Assembly: GCA_002633005.1 (NCBI GenBank)
Contig: NMRA01000226.1
Span: 351,142-415,141 of the forward strand
DNA length: 64,000 bases
Origin: Phoronis australis
Lineage: Eukaryota > Animalia > Phoronida
Direction: 5' to 3'
Below, one piece after another: positions 37,592-49,100 of this stretch. Positions within the stretch are counted from its first letter, which is position 1. Each line of letters begins with the position of its first letter. The position numbers and the translations under genes are program-made. The notes under the pieces are model-generated. The model did no database searches and was not told the origin of the DNA. It saw only the letters and a program-made list of their open reading frames with translations.

Positions 37592-38252
37592 CAACGACAA
37601 AAAGACATGGTCACGTCACTCAATGGCAAACTGGTATAAAGTAAAACATCCCGTTCTACGGGCTTTCTACTTTCAGAAAATGTTTACTTTTAAATAGTTA
37701 AAAAAACCTTTTGTAGATATTGATGGAGTGCACAAACTTGTCGACGAAGGTCCTTCGTAATCCTAAATGAAATATAATGCGTATGCTCCATGACATTGGA
37801 GTGAATTTCCATGAGTTCTTACGCACAGACATATAACTGTTCATAACACATTCTGTGTTGCGAGTTGTTTTACGATAATCAATCATATAATGAGCAGGGT
37901 ATCTTTGTGTCCATGCTCCAGTTCCCGGTTCAAAGCTGGTGGTCTATTTCTACTATGTTTTTATTTCCACTGAAGCTCGTTTCCTTCTTACATCGTACGC
38001 AAGGGAGACCCTCTTTCACTTGCATCTCTAAGGCTTGGCGCAGACGAAGAGCTACGCACGAGGTCAACTTTCTCAACTCGCTGGTTCCCTGCGTGTCCGC
38101 TAGGGGGAAGGGGACCGGTTAGTCTTCCAAAAGAGAGATGACCTTTGAACTCAGTGGTATAACGCACTGTTGCTGAGCCACCAGGAACATCAGTATAGTT
38201 ACGTAACTACCCATGACCTTCACAACAAACTCACTGACCAATGACAGAACAC

Positions 38253-38961
38253 TGGGTCTTGAGCAGTGCCGCCCAGGTATCAACAAACCTATGCAGAATT
38301 CCACGAATGAAAACTCTTACAGGATAGACAACACCTGCCTGCATTACAGGCCGCGTTCTCACTATAAAGGCTCTTTTCTCACAATTCTTAGGATCTGTAA
38401 TTCTTTTCTCTTCAACTGCAATTCAGTGCTCACATTTTTTCCTCGTGTACCGTTTTTCGTTTTTCACGCACGGCCTTTTTTGTCGATCAATTTCGGTTTC
38501 TCTTCCTCCATGGTTAGACCACGCGTTATTCTTAAACTTGGTACTACCATCGCAATCTCGAGCGTAAAATAAATCTCACGTTCAAAATATGAGACTGGTT
38601 CAGAAATAAAATTCGTAAATTAATTTTGCGATCCGATCGGAAGGAAGAATAATAGTCCATCTGCACGTGCTCTGCATGATGTCTTATTTCATAAAGTCCA
38701 AGAACACGTGTCGTATGATTGTTGCTGAGGTAAGTGAGAAAAGAACGAAGTTGGTCCGAACTGAATTACGGTGATGAGAAAAGAACTGCAGTTCGTGAGC
38801 CCTTAGGAAAGGGTTTCAGTAACGAGAAACAACGTTAAAAGAACGTCCGTGCAGTCCGTAAGGAGATTGCGCATAAAAACCATGGTCTGAATGATCGCGC
38901 ACACTCTGCATGATAAACACGGACTCCGTGTTTGCAGACCATGGGCGCTGCTCAAGACCTG
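38253..38961. mobile_element. Degenerate TIR element
   Basis: ggtcttgagcagtgcc / gggcgctgctcaagacc inverted ends. Confidence 0.45.
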
Positions 38962-40775
38962 ATCAGTTGGTCGTGTTTACACACAATGTAATTGTATTTG
39001 TAGAATCTTGAAAGCCGTCCGTGCAGCACTGATATCACATACTCATTGGTCCTCTCCGCCTGTCAGTGCACATCCTCCAGCCAATCTGAGCACACAGAAC
39101 ATGTTTTGGTTACACACAAGGTGCTTTATGCCATTCAAGATCGACGATGATATCCATTTTCTTTTTACTAAACGTGGTCCGTGCTAAAAATGAATTAAAA
39201 CCCACGAGGCATCCAATACGTGTCGCTCTCGTATTGCTGTCAACATAAGATTTACTCATTTCTCATTAGAATTAGACAGTATTTCGTATAATTTCAAATC
39301 CACTGTAATTCAACTAGATTTAATGAATACCGTTGGAAACTTAATATAAGTTGTGTGCACTGTACCATCTTAACTGAGTTTCGGCAGTAAAAAGGATTTG
39401 CCACGATCATCAGTTAATCTGGACACGGAGGACGAATAAAACGAATCGTTGAATGTGCACAAGCGGACTGCATTTAGGACATTAAAAAGCGCTTGAGGCA
39501 GATATGGATTAAAAGCAGTCGGTGGAGTTTCATCATTACGACACCCTAAAAGGATGCGTATCCTGAAAGCCCAGCCTCGCATGCCGTCAAAATCAGTACC
39601 CCCCGAATATCTATCCTTTTAGAGAGTCAGCAGGATAATCAAGATCTACATGTTGGGAAATTTTATGAAAAAGTCACAGTTTCGTAGAGGTTTTCGGGTA
39701 GAGGATTGAAACCCACCGATATTCTTATTTTTAAATGAAACCTGAACAAACAACCCTTTGGGCTGCTGTTGCTCACTCTAACAGAGCTAAAAACGAGATG
39801 CGAAACCTTTATGTAGAGATTTAATTGCAAAAATGGGTTCTTTTGAAGTGTTCCTGATTACATATGAAGGAAGAAGTTTAATGGCTGGGAAAAGGCATCA
39901 TTTCGCAAGGAATCTGGGAGGGGGTCCCCTGTCCATCATGTATTGTCATTATAAAGGAGAATGAAGCCCCACCCTCCTACCTCCTATGCCTACCAATTGT
40001 CAGATCACCGCGTTTGTACCCCAGGCCTTAGATCGTTTAACATATCATGCTTATCGTGGAAGGGACAGGCAAACGACTGACAGTATGAGTCTTCAACAGC
40101 AGGGTTATTTGGTTAGAGCATAAAGGCTACACATTAGTTTACGGGGGGGGAGGGGATTGGTATACCTCATGGAACCATCGTGTGCCGACTACCAATTGGA
40201 CTGGCCTGGTATTCATCTGTAATGGCAGTGTACATACAGTATTAAAAACATCACAATTCGGCTATACAGGCCAGTAGAAAGTAGTAAATTATTGGGAAAG
40301 CACAAATTAGGTATTCAATTTCCTGAAGATGTACCCTTCTCCACTCGTTTCCCTTCATGATGGGCACCGTATTCGCCCCCAGACGGTTCGTTGCAGATTT
40401 TCCAATTCGCCCACACCCTGTTGGACGCAAATACTATGCGGGCTAGAAATCAACCTCAGTTGGCCCCAACACCCAATTCTCACGCCCTCTGTTGTAAATC
40501 AAAGGATCACATTTTCTCTTTAGTTGACTGGGTCTCGTCATTTGTTTCCCGGCCCAGCCCAAGTGTTTTTCACAGACAATATTTTCTTTATCAAGGAAGC
40601 TCATGAAACAAAACGTGGAAAATTGTATTTTTTCTAGTTTGACATTCCACAATGAAGAATTTGATGCTGAAACGTCACTAACACAATATATAAAGAGCGT
40701 GTAGAGAGTTTGCACAAAGCAGAGAGACATTTATTTAGCGTTCACAACCATTCGTTTAAAACAGTAATTTGTTCA

Positions 40776-41028
40776 CATGCGCGCACCCAGCCTTTAATAT
40801 GGGGGCGCTCGAATCTCTGACAAAGTGGACCTTTTGCTAACAAAAAAGCGGGAGGACTAAAAAGACTAAAAAACGGGGTACCACCGTCTGTGCGTCTGCG
40901 CATTTTTAGTGGACCTTTGTCTCGTTTTCTCGGACTTTTTGATTCTCTGAGGTGGACCTTTTTACCCATTTCGCCAAATGGGGGGGTCGTTTGAGCCCCC
41001 CGAGCCCTACCCCCCGGATGCGCGCATG
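40776..41028. mobile_element. hAT-like MITE with 5-bp TSD
   Basis: TIR catgcgcgcacc / ggatgcgcgcatg with TSD gttca on both sides. A related fragment lies at ~2602-2700. Confidence 0.75.
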
Positions 41029-41894
41029 GTTCAAGAAATAAAATGTACACAAACTCGCACCTGACTTATAAGACTTAAAAGCAACTTTCACCAATCACTC
41101 TAATACGTATGTGCGTCGATGTTGCTACTTTTTACACCTCTTACATTTTGCTGTCCGAATATTCCGGCAGCTCGTCTAAGCCTAACGCCACTGTAGAGTA
41201 ATAAGCATGTTACGCTTGCTGTCGTGGGTAACTCATGAAAGGAACAGACCATCCCAATGGTTTTGGAAACCGTGTCCATCTAACTAAACGTGCGACTATA
41301 TACATGAAGGTGTACATTACGCTATGAGACCAAACTGTACATGTACACAAATTCACAAAGACGTGACCTCAACATGGAGCATTTCAGGCGCTTTCAGATG
41401 TTTCAATGGTTAAATAGTATGTGTCAAAAACATACGTGCTAGCCTGTAATCCAGAAAAAACTTCTGACCGCAAGTTGTAAATTTAAAACCCCGCTGCTCC
41501 TCAGTGAAACGATACCAAGAAGTCGCCCTCTGCCAAATACTCCAGCTTATGTCTACACCTTTGTCCATGAAATGTTCGCTGTTAAAGTTTCGAGTACGTT
41601 TATACAAAGTTTCCTGTCGTTACTAACAACATTCAGAACCGACAGAGACATGCGGGCCAGATGGCGATCGTAAACACCTTTATCAATAGTTAAAACAAAG
41701 TTCAAAGTTCACTCAGTCATCCAAATTACACAGCATGCCATGAACAGTATCTCGAAATGAAGTTACACTTATGCATTGAAAAACTCGTTGTTGTGTCCAT
41801 CGACCTGTCCGGTACCAAACAAACGTACGTAAGGGGTGAGTTTTTGGCAAGAGACACATGAAAGCGACTTCCAACACAATGCTCCAGATGACTC

Positions 41895-42137
41895 CTAGCT
41901 CGAGCTGGTTGGGGCCGCCGACACACGCGTCACCGTGTTGACGCGCGAGTGGGTGCTGAGAGTGAAGCCCGACTTACATTCCATCTCGTATTCGGGTATC
42001 TTCTTCTCACAACATCTTAGCCTCATCGCGCACTTCATGAACATAGTCTTGAGGCTTCGCCGGAACGTGGATGACATGAAGGTGTAGATGATTGGGTTTA
42101 AGCAACTCTGAACGAATGGTAATAGGTTGCAAGCCAG
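41895..42137 (-). CDS. Second, identical copy of the GPCR terminal exon (probably a haplotype/overlap artefact)
   Basis: Same sequence as 42884-43126 at an offset of 989 bp. The duplication junction is the N at 42409. Confidence 0.6.
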   Translation of the reverse strand: MACNLLPFVQSCLNPIIYTFMSSTFRRSLKTMFMKCAMRLRCCEKKIPEYEMECKSGFTLSTHSRVNTVTRVSAAPTSSS

Positions 42138-42883
42138 CTGTAAAATGAATACTACAGTGTCACTCGTTCAACGAACACTATCTCCTCTTCACTGAAAGCA
42201 TAACACAGGGACTAACTGAACGTTACACAACAACACCGAACATTTATAGAATTTACGTACTACTATCGCAAATGATTTTCAGAGAAATCATTGCGGACGT
42301 CGGCACACATTCTGACAAAACTTCCATTGCCGCATCGTGTCAAATGCTGATGATATCTCAATTCATTTCAACGAAAGCAAGAGGCAACTATTGTTATGTG
42401 GTAGAGGANCAAAAACATACGTGCTAGCCTGTAATCCAGAAAAAAAATCTGACCGCAAGTTGTAAATTTAAAACCCCGCTGCTCCTCAGTGAAACGATGC
42501 CAAGACTGAAGTCGCCCCCTGCCAAATACTCCAGCTTATGGCTACATCTTTGTCCATGAAATGTTCCCTGTTAAAGTTTCGAGTAAGTTTATATAAAGTT
42601 TCTTGTCGTTACTGACAACATTCAGAACCGACAGAGACATGCGGGCCAGATGGCGATCGTAAACACCTTTATCAATAGTTAAAACAAAGTTCAAAGTTCA
42701 CTCAGTCCTCCAAATTACACAGCATGCTATGAACAGTTTCTCGAAATGAAGTTACACCTATGCATTGAAAAACTCGTTGTTGTGCCCATCGACCTGTCCG
42801 GTACCAAACAAACGGACGTAAGGGGTGAGTTTTTGGCAAGAGACACATGAAAGCGACTTCCAACACAATGCTCCAGATGACTC

Positions 42884-43126
42884 CTAGCTCGAGCTGGTTG
42901 GGGCCGCCGACACACGCGTCACCGTGTTGACGCGCGAGTGGGTGCTGAGAGTGAAGCCCGACTTACATTCCATCTCGTATTCGGGTATCTTCTTCTCACA
43001 ACATCTTAGCCTCATCGCGCACTTCATGAACATAGTCTTGAGGCTTCGCCGGAACGTGGATGACATGAAGGTGTAGATGATTGGGTTTAAGCAACTCTGA
43101 ACGAATGGTAATAGGTTGCAAGCCAG
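42884..43126 (-). CDS. GPCR terminal coding exon (TM7, helix 8, C-tail)
   Basis: Acceptor ttttacag|, then LACNLLPFVQSCLNPIIYTFMSSTFRRSL...SSS*. Confidence 0.9.
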   Translation of the reverse strand: MACNLLPFVQSCLNPIIYTFMSSTFRRSLKTMFMKCAMRLRCCEKKIPEYEMECKSGFTLSTHSRVNTVTRVSAAPTSSS

Positions 43127-46100
43127 CTGTAAAATGAATACTACAGTGTCACTCGTTCAACGAACACTATCTCCTCTTCACTGAAAGCATAACACAGGGA
43201 CTAACTGAACGTTACACAACAACACCGAACATTTATAGAATTTACGTACTACTATCGCAAATGATTTTCAGAGAAATCATTGCGGACGTCGGCACACATT
43301 CTGACAAAACTTCCATTGCCGCATCGTGTCAAATGCTGATGATATCTCAATTCATTTCAACGAAAGCAAGAGGCAACTATTGTTATGTGGTAGAGGACAT
43401 TTGAGCCTATTGCATCACTTTAGGCCACGGATCGCAGCTATACAGTCTCTTCATCCCAGGGCAAATTTAGTTTGTCCTTACGTGCCAAAAACAAGTGTAA
43501 GTGCATGTTAAAGCATGGATTGAGTGTAGAGGAATTTCTGTGGTTATTTGTGACTCTCCCTAAAGTTGTCACCTTTTCCATGAAGACGTTTAACCTATTA
43601 AGGGGCATGTGTCCGAATAGTATGTGACTGAGGACATACATGTATTCGTGTTATTCTAGGCGGCTCGATGTTACGTTTACTAAACAGCAGATCCCTGATT
43701 TTTAAACATACATTTTCCATCTTCAGTGTCGTGAAAGGTGCAGCGAAATGTTCCCATCTTAGTCCTGAGTTCACTTCCTTTGAGTAAACAAAATGCCCTG
43801 CTCGCTTTCATCCCCAGTTTGAGTGTGCAGTTCATACATGTATAGTACACTAAAAGGGAATGGAGAACCAAGTTGCGAGCCTTTGGTGGGCCGTTTACGT
43901 CACTTTGCGTTGTTCCGTCGATAGTGCATAAACACCGAAGAAAGCGGAATTTACAGGTAAGAACGTTTCTCTGAGATAATGCCCAGATATCTGCATTTTA
44001 CTAAAAGCCACACCAAAAACCAATTGTGTTCCCTTTTAAAACAAGCACACGGAGCCTGGAATGCGAGCACCACAGGTGGCAGTTGATGTGCCAGTGCACG
44101 ATTTGGTGTCTTGCAGGTCTCTTAGGCTATCTCAAGTTGTGTTTGGCGTCCTGGGAAACTTCACAATTCATTTCAAAGTTTGAGCTGACTTCCAAACTTT
44201 AAATTACTAACAGCTTTTACAATTTTGATACCTTTGGCTAACAATTATTCCGTTTATTTCGTGAAATCAGTGCATTTGGCACCACAGCAGTCATCACACA
44301 TCAAACACGCGCTTAAATTACAACAGGAAACGAACATACGGAGGTCGGAATTATTTGGCAAAAAGCGAGCAAGAACGGTGAAACATGTGCCTCCAGTGTA
44401 AGCGATCGTGTGCGTTCTACCTTCGTTGGCAGGACATGGGCGGCGCACCATAGGGGGCTGGGGGCTATATCCCCCCACTTTTTTCAGTGCTACGCCGCAC
44501 GTGGTCTGTAGACGGTGCATCACAGGGAGGCTGAGGGGGCTTTAGTCCCCCACTTTTTTCAGTGCTGCACCGCCCATGAGGAGGAGTTGAGTTCGATGGC
44601 ATATTTTACAGGGAGAAATTAAAGAGGTATGAAAAAGTTTCTGAGAATGGAGATTTTCGCCAAGTCGCCAAATCGGACTTGGTTGCCGAGCATTGTACAA
44701 GCTTACCTTAGCATGTATTAGTATTTCCATAGCGTTGTAGTCTATCGGCCCAATCATTGAAAATGAATGAATTGCCTCCACCAAGACCGCTGGACCCCAG
44801 CAAATGAGAAAGACCAGGACTATTGCGATAAGCATCTTGATAACCTGAAGGAATACGCAAGATGAGACAACATTCTAGGATTAGTAAAGTATAGGGGCAT
44901 TCATGACGCGTAGCGCGGAATCAAACCAATTATCTACGCAGTAGCTTGAGAACATTGCTGCTGAGTCAAAGCCCACGAGTTATGTAGCACAGTTAGGGAA
45001 TCCCAACCCTGTCGGTGGTCGACGCTTACAAGTTTTACGCATTAACGCGTAAATTTAAGTCTGCGTGTATTGAACAACGCGTTAATTCTCTTTGTAGATG
45101 CGCTTGGGAGTCGCTTGTCTGTGCTTAAAGTTATGGTAACTTGCAATGCTCCGGTTCTAAACATTGGACTTTTTCAAGATTCCACGAGACTACGTAAGAT
45201 ATTGCCGTGTTCTAAATGTAAGTACGTGACTTTGGCTAGATTTCTCTCGCCGTCAGACCGCTACTGAACTCTATCTTGGTCTCAACACCTTCCGAACTCA
45301 GATGAGCCGTGTTTCTGTGGATGGCAAAGAACTGACGGTAGTTACTAGTTGAGAGCGTGGTCGGCATATGAAATGACACGCTGTTACAAGCCAACTTGAA
45401 GAGCCTAACCTCAAGCACTAATGAACGACCTGTTCCTTCTAAGAACTGAAATCCCTTCCAATTTGACTACGAAACAGTTTCATAACGCTAGGTAGTCTAA
45501 ATCTAAAGTTGACCGTTGTGATGGAAGGCGGGTTTGTAGCAACCTTAAAACAGTTCTTCCGACGTGTGCTTCACGAAGACAAAGTTTTTCAATTGCATGA
45601 AAAGTGAGACCGTGCAAAAGCACGCAAAATGACGCCATTGGAATACGAGTGATTCGCGAATATACTGCCGCTGGAAGTGTGGTTGAAATGTTTGTTTTAC
45701 ATTGTGGGACAGCCTTTTAGAATTTTGGGACGGTAGTTATCAGTTTGGATTGTGGTAGCGGAGATTTCTACGCTCAAAGGCATGGCTAATGTCTCAAGTG
45801 TGTCTATGAAACGCAGCTCTGGTCTTCATCGTATACCGGCAATTCCAAAATCGTGTTTTAACCTCATTAAGCCAGTCAAAAAGCAAAAGGTTTTGGGAGA
45901 CCTGAGAGGCGCACAGAGCGACAGTAGCAAAGTCAAAGTGACCTTTGGCCATGTCCCCGCGTTCGTATGCATCTTATATATAAATGTCCGAGCAATGTAT
46001 GAAGTGCTTTCGTACTTCCTTTTCACACCGTTTTGTTATTCAGTAATTGTAACTCCTTCGAAGGGGCAAATTGTTTGCTAGACAAAGGTATTGGGAAACA

Positions 46101-49100
46101 GGGACCTCACCTGCTTTCCGACACCCTTGGCCAGTAATTTTATGTTTACCCTGCAGGTAATATCAACCATAAACTGGTACAAAACATTTCAGTACAGCCA
46201 CGAAGATATTGAAAATAAATGAACTAGGAATTTACTTTTAGTGTTCAGCATCATTATATCTTAGGAATGCCAAACTTAATTGATTGATGAATTCACCCGC
46301 CACCTATAATGAAAAAAGTGAACTAGTATCACTCCTGAAAAACAAAACTAATCCTCGTTGTGTCACAAAGTGAACGGTCTTAACCATAGGCGTCGCTCAA
46401 CTCTCCCAAAGCGCTGGTCACGTTTCAGAGCCGACACTTCATCCTGAACGCGTTGCTGAGAGTTACAGACTATTATTTTGTCTAAAGAATTAGTTGACAC
46501 CGTCTTAGTTAACATCTGTTCTTTGAACGCACGCCAAACTTCCGGTAAATTTTGTATACGTACCTGCTTCCTCGCTTCCTTCATATCTGAACTATGATCT
46601 TTGTCGTCTTGGGAGCCACTGTTACTCCTAGCAACGGTCTCACCGGCGTTTCCGTGGTCACTGTCACTTGAGGTTAAGGGATGGCGAACACCAGAATTTT
46701 TACTTCCGTTCATCTGATTCGACTTCCTGAAGGAAGGTAAACTTGAGTCATTTAATGTAACACACAGCAAGCTACAATTGTAAATGGTTGCATCCTTCGC
46801 AGTTCGTTAGCAAATTCTAACATCAATTCAGTTCCCATCTCACAGGCCGTGGCTATCAAATTTTATTCGAAATAACACTCGAAAATTATGAATCGCGATC
46901 AACGCTTCAAGTAATTCTTTCAATCCCACGTAATGTGGTTAGTCGAGTTTAGAGTCGATTCTCGATTAACGTTTTGTAGACCGATGTCTAGGTACCGTCT
47001 CACTTCACTGTTCTGTCGTGTGCGCCATTGTCTTTGGCTTTGTGGTCCCAGTAGCATCGTATAGTCGGTATGACTAAACGAAAAAGATGGCACTCAGGAA
47101 TGGTATCGTCGAGTAGTGATTTTCATCATTACCAACCCAATTTCTCAGTCCGTACCCCCTGGGTTTTCAATGTCAGAGGATGGCGACGACACCCTCAACC
47201 CCGCCCATCGGCTTAAACCGACGAGAACCCTGTGCAGGGAAGGTAAAGTTCGTCTTTCCCAGAGAGTACTAATTAAACAATAACATGTGACCGAATCAAT
47301 TTTGAGTAAAATCACAAAAACAGGAATTATTTTCATTTTAAGTACATTATACGCGTATGTTCATGGGCGGCGCAGCACTGAAAAAAATTGGTCTAAAGCC
47401 CCCTCATCCCTCTGTGGGGCATCGCCTATACACCATGTGCGACGTAGCACTGAAAAAAATGGGGGGTTATAGCCCCCCAACTCCCTATGATGCGCCGCAC
47501 ATGAATAGCGCAGAAGATCAGGCTTACCTCGTTGGTGCCGTCAGCTTGGATAGTTGTTTCGTGCTGAGCCAAAGTACCCGGATAACCATCGCGTAACACC
47601 CTGTCATCACGACACTAGGTATAATGAAAATCACACACATCTGATATATAGAGAAGTAACGGTTGACATCATGTTCTCTCCAACACTGAGCTGCAGTTAT
47701 CGCTGTACCGTTTCTTTCCCCATAATACGTAACTTTGTGTGACTGAAATGGAAAGCAACACCGATCACTGGAAGAGACCGATGACAGTACTCGCAAGCCG
47801 CTGACGGAACAATTACACAGAACGGTAGCATAACAAGGAATACATTTAAAAGATCGTTATTAGTCCAAAAAGCATCTTCAGATGATTCTGGTATCTACCC
47901 CGACTCGTTTTAAAGAGGCATGGAACGCGAAAGTTCGTCAAAATATCTTTTAAACAATTCCTGACGAAAGTACTATCTCGCAATGTCTAGTATTTACTTC
48001 CTCTGTAAGAGAATTTCCATACAAAATCAAAAAAATACGATTTTTGAAATATGCACGAAGGAAAAACTCTATAGTCACCACAGGGGAATCAAATTTTCTT
48101 CCCACTTAAATAAATGCGCGCATGCGCTCACAGTCAAGGGAGAAACAGCTGACCGACTGATTATGTGTGATCGCACTCCAAGTCTAAGGTCGGCAGCACA
48201 GTATGGGCCAAGCCAGTGAAACAAGCTATTTTCCAAAAATAATTCCAAGTGCGCCCTAGAATACATTTGAATATTACGATACCTTTATACATGTAGCTGA
48301 TTTTTAACAGTTTGGACTTACACCATCGGACTGGCTCCGTGCAGGTGGCCTCATGTCATTTGTGGTGCATCAGACGTGCGCAGGTCTCATGGTTAGGCCC
48401 ATTGCACAAAGCACCTGAGCTAAAGCACGAGAGCCCCATTATGGTTCTTCGTGAAGGAAGTTTTCAAGTCTGCCATTCTCCTAAACGTGCAGACGTTTCC
48501 ATTTGTTGCCATGCACTATATGTTGTAGGCATGTAACAGTGCCATACAGCCTATAAAAAGCTGTTTAGGGGATTCTACGTCAGTACCACACTCGGGACAC
48601 ACTGGGCTCCCCATATGCCAGGTAATGTGTCTGTGTCGGGTTAGTTTACAGTGGCCCGTCAACATTTGAATGTCGTGTCTTATGCCCAATCTATCTAGAT
48701 TTAGAAGGTTTTTTGAACCTTTGGTTTGCCGCGTAAGTCACCATTGTTTTGTCTACATCAAAGATCAACGGTCACATTTTCCATCTAAGGGAAATGTGCT
48801 AGTCTATGTCTTGCCATTCCAAATAAGGAGACATGCTTTGCCTTGAGGGAGAAAAATCGACGAGGGGACGAGTAGATGACAGATCGTTTTTTTTTTTTTT
48901 AATTTGAAACTAAAATAAAAATGCTTTGACATCAACAGAAATTCAAAATCTTTACGAACGAACCGTAAAATCAAAATACCTGGTGAGCAGATTGAATCCT
49001 ATTTCGGTGGCACTCTGAATAATATAATTGAGTCTCTTTTTTGCGTTCCAGTGCCCGATTGCATGAAAACACAAATAGAGACTCAACAAATTTCCCTAAA

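Larger units (their letters stand above)
41425..43397. repeat. Tandem duplication 41425-42408 versus 42410-43397 across N42409
   Basis: The ~985-bp copies abut a single N. SNPs are confined to the first ~400 bp. Confidence 0.9.

Noticed and set aside
41895-42137. Alternative or duplicated terminal GPCR exon as real biology
   Set aside because: The exon is identical and the junction is exactly at an assembly N, so a contig overlap is the simpler explanation.
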